A stretch of DNA of 64,000 bases from Stylophora pistillata. Lineage: Eukaryota. The notes under the pieces were generated by a model. It made no database searches. It had not been told where the DNA came from and saw only the letters and a list, made by a program, of their open reading frames with translations. Every line of letters starts with the position of its first letter. Positions within the stretch are counted from its first letter, which is position 1. The DNA lies in assembly GCF_002571385.2 (NCBI RefSeq), contig NW_019218040.1, positions 15,939-79,938 on the forward strand, read 5' to 3'. Position numbers and translations under genes: made by a program. Positions 14,701-27,769 of this stretch are shown here, one piece after another.

Positions 14701-17700
14701 TTGTTGCACTAAATCAGGTGAGTGGAGTTTTTAAAGCTGAAAAGCAACCAAGGAAACATGATAGGGAGAATTAATCTGTGTTGACTTGCACCTGGATTTT
14801 GTTTGTTGAGAAAACAATTTTTTTTTGTCTTAGAAGAAAGAAGGGAGTTACTCTGACAAGATAGAACGAACCTGCACCATCGCGAAGCGCTTGTCAAACT
14901 AAGCAGTTTAGCTTTGCCTTCCTTAACTTTGTGATCAGTTGGAAAACTTTTACTGGCGCTGCCTTCCTTGCTAATGAGATGCTTTGAATGGTAAAAGAAA
15001 GTAGTTGCTGGTCGGAGTAGCTTGCGAAGGAATGGCGTCGCCATCCGCATATTTTATTGTCAACGACAAGAAACCTAGATCTCCATGAATGTAGTTTGTG
15101 GATCTAGTTCAGTTTCTTAACGCAGATAAACTTGCAGGAGGGAACTAAAGGATGGATTTGTTTTTTTTTTTTTTTTCAAACAGATAAGCCTTTCATTATT
15201 GTTGAGTACTGCTCCTTGGGGAATTTGAAAGATTTCCTTATTTCCAGTCATGGAAGCGTTGTTTACGCCAACATGGCGGGTAATAGTATGTCTTTGACGA
15301 GTCGTGACCTGATGTCATTTGCTTGGCAAGTTGCTCGTGGAATGAGTTACCTTGCAAGTATGAAGGTGAGTTTTTTGTAGAAATCACAATCTTCAGCATG
15401 ATAATCATAACCTCGCGCGGAAGGATTGGAACAAAATATGACGTAATCATTGGTCGCTATAGCACGCACCACTCTTCGAGCAATTAGACTACTCTAAAAG
15501 TTGGGGGGGGATTTCTTAAAGAGGGTGTGGTGCCGCGTCTGTGGGGAATACTTCAAGGTAATTTGGATTAATTAACTGAATTAATTATGTAAATTGGCCA
15601 CCGTAGAGAGTTTCTGGAGCGGACGTTTTGAGCGTCAGCCTTTCGTCTGAAAGAGAGACAAGGGGCTAATCTGAAAAAAAATCATATTGTAACGACATTA
15701 ATAGTTGCAGTAACACATTGGTGTCTCGTCGCGAAACACTTTTGTGAATGTTTTTTGGTAAAAATTTTTTTTTTGAACTTGTTATGATTTGTTTTGTAGC
15801 TTGTTCACAGGGACTTAGCTGCTAGGAACATTCTGGTCGATAAAGGACATATTTGTAAGATTGCTGATTTTGGTTTGGCCAGAGATATTTACGAGAAGAA
15901 ACAATACCTCAAATTAGGAGAGGCAAGTTGGTCGTTAATGCTTGAGTAAAATGAATGATTTTTAGTAAATTTTAATCAATGAAATCAGATTTGATAAAAC
16001 ATATTTTTGTTTCTATCATCTGATATGAAAGGAGGGATTGGTCCACACTTAGCGAGGGTGGTAGCAGTTGAACTTATCAAATGATGAAGCAGTCTTTTCA
16101 AAAAAAAAATCAGTTTAACACTTCATACTAGCATTGATTTTTATATTCAAAGCATTTTTTTTTTATTCTCTAAACGCTGGATTCATTCGTAATTTTTTTT
16201 TATTTCTCAATTACCCACACCAAACATGATTCTTGCACGTCGAAAGTTCTCGCATGGCTCTTTTAGAATATTCAAAATAAATATAAATTTTGAGTACAGA
16301 TCGCAGTTATAATATGATTATCTCATTGTCGTACAAGAAATTTCTTTATTTAAAAGAGCCACCTGGTGGGTATCATGTGAATAGGGTACCGTCATATCAC
16401 CCTCGGGCTGATAAGCGTTATGAGGCTCACCAGTGCTCAACTAATAGGGACTTTAAGCAAACCACGACGGCGACGGTGACGAGAACGTGGAAAAACAATA
16501 GATCTAATTGGCAGAACAATAGCCCAGCACGTGCGTTTTAAAACTTTGTACATTTCGTAGCCGTCCTTTGCAAAACAACAACGTGAAATCATCAAAATTT
16601 ACGTCGTCTGCGAAGCGAAACCGCGCCGGCAAATTATTTTAATTTACATTTGGAACTCAACGCTACTTTTATGCGTTATGTTGAGTTTGAAGTCTGGAGC
16701 CCTATGATACGGTAAACTCATGCAGCCATTTTGGAAATTCTAACTAAAAGTAGAAACTCGTTTTTTAATCGACGTCTTCCGTGGCGTTGCCGTCCTGACT
16801 GCTTAAAGTCCCGAATGATTTGAGTTCGGAACGTCTGACCGAGGTTATTGGCTATAATGGTCTGTAGCCTAGCAACCTCAGTAACCGCAAAACAAAAAAT
16901 AGAATTTGAGCTGAATGTGTTTTGTTACTTTTGTAAGTGACCGTGTTGTAGAGCTGTTGACGTCAGTATTCTTTGAATTCCTTGATTTTCGTATTCATCT
17001 GACATGGCGAAGTAATTGATTTTTTTTCATTATTAGGGAGAATTACCTCTTCGCTGGATGGCGTTAGAGTCAATATTTCAGGGAATCACAACCACAAAGA
17101 GTGACGTGTAAGTGATTACGTAATTCTCGTGTGTTGATTATGTGATAGTTAGATCGTAGAAGACCGAAATCTTCAAAAAAATTTAATTTTATTTCAAAAA
17201 TGTCGAAAGTTGCAAATTTACTATCATTTGAAATCCAGATTAGAACTTTTGTTTAAGCTGAACTACAGAATAGCTTAACGTTGTTTAGAGAAATCCGCTG
17301 TTTCCTAATAACCATATCATAACTATGGCTCATTTTTTTGTGCTTACTTACAGCGAGTCGGGTACCATTATTTTTTAATCATTTCTGTTTTCTTACAGTT
17401 GGTCATATGGTATACTTCTGTGGGAGATTGTCACTCTAGGTAAGGGTCTCATTCCCATTTCACCAATTCCGCGTCAGCGTGCGTTCATCGAGTTAAGGAG
17501 CTCGGAAGTTGTCCATACGTGGCCGAGAGCAACTGTAGCTGCTTGAGTTATCTTCAAACTTCCCGCGTGCTTCTTAACTCGATGGACGCACAGCTAACAC
17601 AAGAACCAACTCATTTCTAACAATTTCAGGGCAGTGGTTTTCAATTTCACAGAACGAGAAATTTGCTTTGCTTCGATGCATGCACGCTCGTCATCTGCGT

Positions 17701-19388
17701 GCACAGTGTGGACGAAAAGAACGCTCGCGCAAAAGAATTTGATAACACGATTTTAATTTAGTAGCTATGATATTAAGAGGCTCGAGTCAGTCTGACGTCG
17801 ATCTTTAGTCCACTAGTTTGAGTGTTTTTAGCCTTAACTTTCCCTGTGTTAAGCAATCTGCTATATCCTTTATTTCATTTTCATAAAGGTGGTTTTGTTT
17901 TTATCTCAGGTGCTAATCCTTACCCTGGTATGAACAGAGATCAAGTCATCGGTCAACTGCATATTGGTTACAGGATGCCCAAACCTCAGTACTGTTCTGA
18001 TGAAGTGTGAGTAGTTTTGTCGCTAAAAATTGTTCTAAGCTTAAACTGTTGCCTCAGGGACGGTATGCAGCTGTTCATAACCTGTTACAAAGACTTAATA
18101 TTATGGATTTTTTAAACAAAGGAAAGGATTTCTATCATTTACATCGGCCCAAATACCTTTGTCTTCTCAGAAATTTTCTTGAAGTACAGCGAGATCTTAA
18201 GATTTGTAATATTAGCGATTTAGCTCACACCGGGTCGATCTTTTTTCGCGAAGCTTGTTTGCACATTCTTCAGCAAAGAATGCCAAACCTTATTATAACA
18301 TAACCAAAGTAAAGTGCGCGCTCTGATTGGTCAATTCAGTGTCCACCATTTGCCCACGGGTGTGCGCTGCTGACGAGAGCAAATACAATGACTAACTTCC
18401 GCGCATATGTTTCTTCTGGTCACGTAAGATTTCACAGTTAAATAAAAGGGAACTCTTTTTCTACAATGCATCAATGTTATGTTATAAAACAAATGGACGC
18501 TTCTTTCGTGCTTAGCAACCTCCCGTGTACATCCATAACTCAATAGTGTACGCTGTGGTGTTTACCATTTGTTAATTAGGCTGTCAGCGTTGAACTTAAA
18601 TGCGTCGTCTGGTTTTTAACTTTCTTTTTTTCTTACTTTTCGTTATGTTCTCAGATGTAAACCTTACGATTTTACTAGACCATAGATGTTCTTTCTGTTG
18701 TAGATATGCCATCATGTGGCAGTGCTGGCAGCAAGAGCCAGAGGCCAGACCAACTTTCCTGGAAATCGGAAAAACTCTACACAGACTAATGACTGCGGAA
18801 AGGGTGAGTTCCAAAATAAATGCTATCATTCAATAGATTTGTCAATGATGAAAGTGGATGGGAAAGATCCGTAGCATGGCATTTTGGAACAAAAATGCCT
18901 CAAAATCTTTAACAATGGTTGAACAAAAGAAGAGAAAAGTATCTTGTTCGCCTGAGAATTCAAACCCCAGGTTTAGTGCCGTACTCGTAACAAGACGTAG
19001 AAACATCTTTCTCTATGAGAAATAATGTTATAATTCTCTTGCTGATATCTGGTTGGCATAAAACCCACTCCACACTCTCTTGTAGTGCTCTTGGTACTAC
19101 GATGAATGACGAAATGTCAAGGCTATGTGAGTGGCAGCTGAATTTTTCTGTCGACATGTTAAGTAAAAAAATATGAAAAGTGATACAAATAAAAATTGAA
19201 ATTTATAATTTTGGTAAAACGTGTTCTTTATTCTTGGGCTACCTTGTGTAAAAAGAAAAGAAATGAACAGTATGTTAGTGTAGTTTTCTTCACTGAGGTT
19301 TCCTTTTTTTTTTTTCATTCTTTTACAGATCTCGATTGATTTGAACAACTTCGACGCAAGTTACATCAACGCCACTGAAGAGCTATAA
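5727..19388 (+). CDS. Receptor tyrosine kinase: signal peptide, 5 Ig, FN3, TM, RET/FGFR-like kinase (17 coding exons)
   Basis: In-phase exons: 5727-5811 ([28 protein letters not shown], signal peptide); Ig 6726-7013, 7406-7675, 8223-8516, 9855-10148, 10703-10990; FN3 11635-11919; TM 12572-12756; 13554-13833 ([13 protein letters not shown]); 14607-14717; 15184-15365; 15800-15922 ([11 protein letters not shown]); 17037-17107 ([10 protein letters not shown]); 17399-17439; 17910-18006; 18704-18803; 19329-19388 (TAA). Confidence 0.95.
8730..9112. mobile_element. MITE with long imperfect terminal inverted repeats
   Basis: AAATGTGGAGCCCAACTCC..GGAGTACCCTATGG..CCTAAATGGAGTAC is mirrored by GTACTCCATTTAGG..CCATAGGGTACTCC..GGAGTAGGGCTCTGCATTT. 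Confidence 0.75.
10350..10522. mobile_element. Short hairpin MITE
   Basis: ~65 bp inverted arms: GACCACTTTCATAAATGGC...TAGCCCT and AGGGCTAAT...GCCATTTATGAAAGTGGTC. Confidence 0.8.
12805..13050 (+). mobile_element. Decayed tRNA-headed SINE (second family)
   Basis: The head GGTGACCTAGCGG...GGTTCGAG is followed by a body similar to the - strand copy at ~63015-63265. Confidence 0.6.
13915..14180. repeat. Dispersed CCAATCA-rich MITE-like repeat
   Basis: The core CCAATCAGAT..AAAACCAATCACGAC..GTCGCCCTCGTTTTCC.GCGC recurs in the opposite orientation at ~40945-41210 and ~60090-60290. Confidence 0.7.
16446..16812. mobile_element. MITE in an RTK intron
   Basis: TIRs GGGACTTTAAGCA...ACGGCGACG and CGTTGCCGT...TGCTTAAAGTCCC. 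Confidence 0.8.
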
Positions 19389-21868
19389 CAGATTTGTGTG
19401 ACCTGACACGAAGAACTTGGCTTTTCGCGATGGCACTTACAGAAACCGTTGTATACTTTTTTTAACTAATTATTTATGACGTGCTCGGTAAATAACACTG
19501 CAGCGTCTTTCTTAATAAAAATGCTTTAGGATTAACTGGGAAGGTTTCCTGTTTGCTCTCACTGTCTCCGTGCTACTCCAAACACAGTGAATTAGACTGG
19601 AAGCAGTGATGTTTTTTCTACGTTCGTTGTCAGAGCAGTAGTTTTTTGTCATGGTACTATAGATTCACCTAGAGGAACTAGTCGCAAAGTTAAGATTCTG
19701 TGACCTTGTTGGGCGAGACAGAATATCAGCCAAATTTGGCCTCTATTTATCAGTTTGTGTAAATGAAACAACAGTGAAAAGGTTACTGAAAAGCATGTCC
19801 AGCATAATGTACGCGAGGAGATTAGTTAAAGTATAGTAATTTGTAGCGCACTGACACCATTTTTAAGGAAGTGAAAAGAAATGTAAGATAGTTTTACGCG
19901 CTTTGTAATAAATTTTTAGAAGTGCAGCGCAGGAATTTTTAAGCAGATTAAATCCTGTTTGTAGATGAAACATGCGCTATTAAAAATACAAAAATCACTC
20001 AAGTTAATCAGGGTTTTTTATTCAAATTTTTACTGAAAATACTGCCTGATGTGGTTTTGAAAGCTGAAAGTGAGGGTTGTGTATATCTATACATATTCAT
20101 ACAACATATCCGGAGAAAGTCAAAGATTAAACGGTTTGTGATTCACTTGTCTTAAGCTCTGTGGTTTCAACATCCATTGCTTAAAGAAAGATAGAAAAAG
20201 TCGTTGCGTGTGAAGCGATGAATCCAGATAAAAAGATGCCGGAATACTTTGTAAAACCAAAGAAAGTTAGATCGAGAGCTTGATCAAGTACGACATTGAA
20301 AGTGTTCTGTTTTACGATTATAATTCTTGATCCATCCAATCAGATTTATCGTCATCGAAGGCCCTTAAGATGAAAGATAACGGCAGAAGTTAACTTGAGT
20401 CTTTTGCCTTTTGCAATTGTGAACATGATCACAATTAGAGGTACAGATAACTTTAAAATAATAGTCGTGATGACTTCGTTCAAGCGACTTTGACCAAATG
20501 CACAGCAAACAGCCGCAGTTTGGATGGCGAGCCTGCGTTACAGTGCAGAGCGTTAAAAAAGTCTGGCGAGAGGCGTGGAAAACAATCCTGGCCAGGCAAG
20601 AAAATTAATATAACAGAAGAAAACTAGCCTGCATAACAAGAGCTTAGCAAAAAGGGGGGAGGGGGGATGGGAAAGAGAGTGAAGACACGAGAAGTAAAGC
20701 TTCTCTTTTTGCGTGTCGCTCGAAAGCACTCGTACCCGACGAAAGAAAAAGCGTACTTCAAATCCAAAGAAAATGACACGTGTAAATTTGTCACGCACTG
20801 CAGTTCGAGACTCCAAAGAGTGACCCAACCGTTGTGAAATTGTTTGTGCCTTAACATTTTGCTATGGACAGGGTATTTCGAAAACTGGACGTGCAAAAAC
20901 CAGACTACGAGGNNNNNNNNNNNNNNNNNNNNNNNNNNNNNNNNNNNNNNNNNNNNNNNNNNNNNNNNNNNNNNNNNNNNNNNNNNNNNNNNNNNNNNNN
21001 NNNNNNNNNNNNNNNNNNNNNNNNNNNNNNNNNNNNNNNNNNNNNNNNNNNNNNNNNNNNNNNNNNNNNNNNNNNNNNNNNNNNNNNNNNNNNNNNNNNN
21101 NNNNNNNNNNNNNNNNNNNNNNNNNNNNNNNNNNNNNNNNNNNNNNNNNNNNNNNNNNNNNNNNNNNNNNNNNNNNNNNNNNNNNNNNNNNNNNNNNNNN
21201 NNNNNNNNNNNNNNNNNNNNNNNNNNNNNNNNNNNNNNNNNNNNNNNNNNNNNNNNNNNNNNNNNNNNNNNNNNNNNNNNNNNNNNNNNNNNNNNNNNNN
21301 NNNNNNNNNNNNNNNNNNNNNNNNNNNNNNNNNNNNNNNNNNNNNNNNNNNNNNNNNNNNNNNNNNNNNNNNNNNNNNNNNNNNNNNNNNNNNNNNNNNN
21401 NNNNNNNNNNNNNNNNNNNNNNNNNNNNNNNNNNNNNNNNNNNNNNNNNNNNNNNNNNNNNNNNNNNNNNNNNNNNNNNNNNNNNNNNNNNNNNNNNNNN
21501 NNNNNNNNNNNNNNNNNNNNNNNNNNNNNNNNNNNNNNNNNNNNNNNNNNNNNNNNNNNNNNNNNNNTCACCCGTGGCAGTTACAACAGTGATTATCGCC
21601 CCTTGTTCCTGGCTGGTGACTACGTTGTTTTGTTTTTTGTTTTTGTTTTCGCAACCCCAAACTCGTACGAAAAACTACGCTTGGAAAGACAAACTGCTCC
21701 TATTCCATTTATTGTGCGCTTTAATCTAACTTTTTTTCCTCAAATGAAATTTTTTTGCAACCACGTAAAATTTGCAGATTCATTTAGGATGATTGTTTGC
21801 GAGAGCTCTTGCCAGCCAACGGGTCAGGGATCGTGGAAGCCATCAAAGGGCGTAATGACTGCTCATAC

Positions 21869-24800
21869 CTGAAGAGTTGGAAGCCGCTGACCAGAATACC
21901 ATCGCCCTGTTCTCAGTCTGTTTGTCCTTGTTGTACAGTGTAATGTTTAATAAATACGCTCTTCGGGGCTGTAGATGCTCGAACGTGTAAGACCCGAGTA
22001 TCTGGGATACATTGGTAACTTCTTGACTCCATGAACTGGAGTTCAGCAGCCTCAGTTTAAGACTGACGCGACAAGCACTGAAAACAGCGTGCTCCGTCAG
22101 ACTCCAGGTGACTTGTACAGATAGGTATGACTTGTTTTGAGCAAACACGCTGGATAATAATGGATTGGACTCAGCTGGGAGATAGAATTATAGATATTAC
22201 TCATTTCACGAGTTATTTAGAACTAACTTTTGATCATAGACTCATTGCATTTATAAATGATTCATCTACTCTGCCTGTGCATCAAAAACTTCGATCTCAA
22301 TCAATACAACACTGAGCTGAATTATTCTCACATTTTGATTGGCCCGTACTCATGATCTATTAGAGGACAAACGTAAAGATGACGTGATCATGAAAAACAT
22401 TTTGCTCTTCCCTCACATAAAACAAATAGATACCATTTTGCCATCCATCTCTGTACTGCATCACAGAAGACGTCGGTGAAAATTTTAGTAAAAACATCAG
22501 TGACACCCTAGCCTGTGCCTCGTATGCCACTCTTCTGTTTTGATCACATTTTCCGTCATCGCCGAACAGACATACGACAAGATGGAAACTGAGCGGTCAA
22601 CGAGGTCATAGCCAAGTTGTGTTCACTTGCAAGCAACGAGCGTCCATATTCTGTCCAAACCTCTCGCAGCTTCATCACTCGTTTTCATGGCTCCTTCGCT
22701 TAGTGCTTCAAAACGCGAACAAAGCTGCTAGCTATGGAGGCTTTCAAGCTCACGCCGGGCCNNNNNNNNNNNNNNNNNNNNNNNNNNNNNNNNNNNNNNN
22801 NNNNNNNNNNNNNNNNNNNNNNNNNNNNNNNNNNNNNNNNNNNNNNNNNNNNNNNNNNNNNNNNNNNNNNNNNNNNNNNNNNNNNNNNNNNNNNNNNNNN
22901 NNNNTGAATCACCTGATTCTCCTTGTACCAGAATAGACTGACTGCCTGGTTGGAAGATTTCACACAATAACTGCATTGCAGTTTCAATCGTCCTTCTTCC
23001 TTGATCATCATCAAACTGGGTGAAGTCTCGTTTTCGTTGAACGCAACTGCGGTCGCTATGAAAAACAGTAGAGTTAATGCTAAGTGGCATAAATATAGTT
23101 TGGACTCTACCCAGAGTTAGGTTTTTTAGGATATATCAACAAAGTTGAAATGGTAAATTGGCCACCGTAACGATTACAAAAGCTGACGTTTCGACCGTTA
23201 GCCCTTCGTCGGAGCGAAGGGCTAACGCTTAGGTTTCTTAGGCAGAGCTGTTAGGCGAAGGTTAATTTGAGCTCTGACAGGGGGCCCAAAACATTTTTAT
23301 GCGCAAGAACTCCATAACCACTATTACCACTTAGAAAATATAGTAGCTAGAAGAAAAATGACTAAAACAAAAATCTGGACAATACGCGAGCGTGCTAATG
23401 TATTTTAGCTCACCAAAAACTCCGTTTAGCCAGCAAAATGCGCGACAATGCTCGACGGATTGATAAAATTTTTCTTTAGACGAGCTTAAGATCATTTAGA
23501 TATAAATAGCGTCTTGCTTGTCAATACTATGAAATAATTGTTGCCATAATCGTTTGCCGACTGCATATTTTCTTGCCTCTCTCACTAGATAAGGCCGACT
23601 AGTTAAGCATCGACAAGAAAGCAGGATGTCATTAATCTCGGCTGAGAGGGCAAGCCGGCAAAAATATTAAGGATCAAAATGCGCTGATCCCAGCTACGGA
23701 AAGCCATGTAGCAGACCACGTTAAAGATTTGCTTAGTGTCATCGTAGTCATATATGGAACTTGGCCACGTGCTTGTCATGAAGTTGACAACTGTCACGTC
23801 GGACATTTGACTTAAACGATGTCTTTATTTTCATGTGCAAGGTAATCTGAAAAGCTCACACATACTTCACACCACGAAGATCACTTCCCTTCTTCGAATC
23901 ACTGCATTCTCAGAGTGAATTCGCAGAAAAAAGAACTAGATTGATTTTCGACTGAACTGAAATCCAGCAACTGAAGCTTCTCGTAAAAACAACTTTGTCG
24001 ATTAAGCGCGTAGAACAGCATCCCACGTAAACGCCCTTGGGCGTTTTTTTTTTTTCGGTAACGAGACGCCTATAGTATCGAGATATAATATAGACTACAA
24101 TGATACCTGTGTCTTTTTTTTTTTTTTTTTTTGGTAACGAGACACCAATAGTATCGAGATATAATATAGACTACAATGATACCTGTGTCGTCACTGAGGT
24201 TGCCACAACTCTGGCTTGCTAGAGTACTTCCATCAGGATTTTTCGACAAGGCCGACAAAACAGGATGAGATGTTGTTCCTCGCACGGTAGTTGGTAGAGT
24301 AGATTCTACTGTGGGTGACGGTTGAAGTTTGTTTAAGGGAGCAGGAACTTCTCCTTGTGATGAGGATAGCATACCTCCGGAATGCCCTGTGCTCGCGGGA
24401 TTTGATGCCTTCGAGGGATTTGCTGCACTCACGGGATCTGATGCATTCAACGCATTGGAAGAATTTTTGGGATTTGAAGCACTTGCGGAAGGCGCTGTAG
24501 TTACGGGATGTAGATTATTCGCGGGTCGGCCATTTCGGGAAAAAGCTGATATCGCAAAGAAAATATAGTCAAAATGAGGTAAACAAAAGAGTCGGTATAA
24601 ATCGCAGCGGTGTTTCCGCTGCTAATCAGCTTTAACTTTTACATATATTTGGTAATAATTACTGAAGGGATGGTTGGCAAGCAACTATAAGTTGTTAAAG
24701 GTAAGTACACCACAGCAGAAAATTCTGAAAAGGGGCAGCATTAATCCCTCGTACGCTTTTTGCTTTACCAATTTTTTTCTCTTTTAATAATTTTTTTAGT

Positions 24801-26362
24801 TGATAACAAACCAATCGTTTCTGTTTCCCGCGGACGGAGCACATTTTCGAGAAGATACTTCATTTGTAAGAAAGTATTCCTACAACTTTTTCAAAGGTCT
24901 GTCAGGTTATTACTCGTTCAGATAAACTTTCTCCGTGTTTCATTTTTTTCAGAAAATGCCAGAATTTTTTTCTATTTCATGACTATATTATTCGCTCGAG
25001 ATTAGAATATATAGCGAGTAGCGTAGCCAATCAGACTGCAGCATCTTTGATTGGACGCTAGTGGTCGATTTTATATATAAAACGTCGAGTATTTCCGTGT
25101 GGATATCACCTCCCCCTTTTTTTTTTTTGTTTAAGTTGTACAGTAATTTATAAATGCCAACTTGCGTTTTTCTTTTTTTATGAAATAACTAAGATACTTT
25201 GAGGACCCTGATTGGTCGAGACCTGATTTTATTCCTTTTTTTACAAAAGCAATAAACTGCACTTTCTATGCGTTTACCGGCTAAATAATCACACTTAGAA
25301 TTGTTGCGACAACACGAGAAAAGTTAAAATGGTTGTTTGTTTTTTAATACATTTTCCTATTTTGGATTTGATAAGAAAAAGAGAACCTGGTATCTATCGA
25401 TAAACTCCTTTGAATTATTAACCCAAACCTCTTCAGATATCTTACCTTCCACGGTCAAAAGAGCCGTAGCACTCAGAATAGTCTCTCCATGTTTTCCTCG
25501 GATGCAACAAATGTACTTTCCAGTGTCGTTGGCGCAAAGCTTATTAATCTGCAGTTTAGTCGCTGCGTTTGACAGCTTGTATTTGTTTTCACTGAGATTA
25601 GGCGCCAGACCATTTTCAAACAGTACGAAATGACCCGAGGTACCTTGAAAGGACCAGGTTATGTTTAGTGGCACTTTGCTGTCTGTATCTTGGCAGATAA
25701 GTGTCGTATTGGATCCCTCCAAGGCAAGTGTAGTGTCATAAGAGAACACAAACTTTCCTTGATGTGACAAAAATGCGCAAGATCAGTTTTGAGCGCAACT
25801 GAGTCTGACTGCTATCATAACTTCAAAAATTGTCAAGTGTGGAATGAAAAGCACATATCGCACAGCTGAGCCACGCGCATGTGTTTTAACAATATCCAGG
25901 ATTTTTTTCTTTCTTTATATGCAGTGCACTTCCCATAGAAAAATGCGAGAGACTGAAAGAGAATTTTTCGAGTTCGAAAAACTGAAAAGCGAAATAAATA
26001 GATAACATATGTTGCGACAAAGACAAATTCTCAGCTGAGCTTAAAATTATTTGCTCCAAACGGCGAATTGAGCGGAATTGTCGTGTAATTTATGAAACTT
26101 CGCAAGTTAACTATTATCTCTTGCTATCTTTTCTCGTTTTGTCCAAAAGATGAAATGCCACGAAACAAGAGTTTCTTTCTCGGCGTAACTGTCCAAAAAA
26201 CTTAATTCTTACGGTCAACACGGCTTTATCCGTAAGGTAGACTGAGAAATATTGGAATTCAGCCGATTAGTATGGATAAAATTGAACGTTATATATCTTA
26301 CCTGCTACTGTATTCGGGAAAAGACAGATGAAAACCGTGCTCAGTAGTATAAAAATCTTCAT
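21869..26362 (-). CDS. Secreted or cell-surface protein: signal peptide, Ig, Ser/Thr/Pro-rich stalk, Ig, FN3-like; 3' end unresolved
   Basis: Phase-1 exons: 26362-26302 (MKIFILLSTVFICLFPNTVA); 25757-25446 (Ig: LIC..W..LQINKLCANDTGKYIC); 24545-24183 (low-complexity stalk); 23055 into the gap at 22904 (Ig: LQC..WYK); 22174-21869 (FN3-like: VQVTWS..LQPRRAYLLNI). The next exon may be in the gap 20913-21567 or at ~20532. Confidence 0.8.
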
Positions 26363-27525
26363 TGGACAGCCACGTCAAAGACAGTTTAACCAGTCTCAAT
26401 GTAACATAAACCGTCGCATGGTGTTCCTCGTTTGCTGGCGAATTCAATTTGATTTGTTTATCGTCTTTGTGACGTCTTAACGCGCGCGCGACCATGTGTT
26501 CCCAGAATTCCAAGCGATTTCATAAATGCACCGGTTTCAATCTCTTATGGTCAAACCGCGTACTCGTCACAAAAATGTTTGAAAGATCTCACACTTCAAA
26601 GTTGGGCCTCGATCCCCTGGGTTCGTGCGCATGAGTATTTCTCCTCGCCGATTTCCATGACTTGCGCGACAGATGAATGTGGGAAATGTGAACTGCCCGT
26701 GGTCTACAATGTACGCCCGTATAAATCTTCAAAGAAAGAGGTGAAATGATCTCAGTTTATCTATGGATGTCCAACAAATCTTTGAGCGTACTTTGTGTCA
26801 TTCAAATTATGTCGGGAGCACCATCCATTTGACGCCAAACAATTTTAATAAGTATATAGAGGTTATAGTCTACTAATAACATTCTAGTGTTGAACGTTGC
26901 AATCAAATGTTTCTCCAACAAATCGCCTATTTTAACATTCGAACTCCGTCGTCCATGAGAAACTCTAGAATCTTATTGTAGATGCATAGAGTTTCATGGA
27001 GTGCAATAGACGCAACGATGACTCGCGTGCCCTTTCTCAGAATCAATACCATATTGTTCTGCAGGAAGTATTTTCAGATTCAAAAGGCGGCCATGTGCAA
27101 TGAGAAAACTCTTAGGAAGACAGTCGGACCTGTACATTCATTTGAGGAAAGAATTCCCTTCTTGGTCGGACTTGTGTAGCCGACACACCAATTTTTGTGA
27201 GATAACGATCAATCAATCTCGACTGTCAAATTACTTGGAGCTACTCTAGGTTATAGTTTTAATAAATTACATTCCACCAAGAGAATGTCAACTGCATAAC
27301 ACTTTTTACATGTAACACCTTATAGTGACTGGCATCCAATTCAATTCTCCTTAGAATCGCATTATTGAATAAAATCTCGCTTTCTGATTGGTTATTGGTT
27401 AACGAAGCGAGGTATTCAGCGTGGAATTGCGAGTTGAAAAGAGGCTAAGTGATATTGTTTCGCATCTACGAAACAATTGCATAGCTAAAGGCAAACTCGC
27501 GGTCTGATTGGCTATCGAAGAAAGG

Positions 27526-27558
<33 letters not shown>

Positions 27559-27769
27559 GGATATTGCTGACGTAAGTCGCGAGCAAAAATTGTTGCTATC
27601 GTGGAAACAAAATTGGAACTCGTGCTACGAAAATGTCAAATTGGAAATGAACAAAGTAACAGAAAATAAATGTCTGCCAAATTCTGAAGTGAACTTGAAA
27701 GTTTTAGAAAATTTGAGGAAACTACTTACACTCAAAAGTACGAGAAAACGCATTGAAGAAAAAACCAAA

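Noticed and set aside
26298-26513. 71 aa ORF MEFWEH...
   Set aside because: The overlapping frame from ATG 26362 gives a signal peptide with the correct splice phase.
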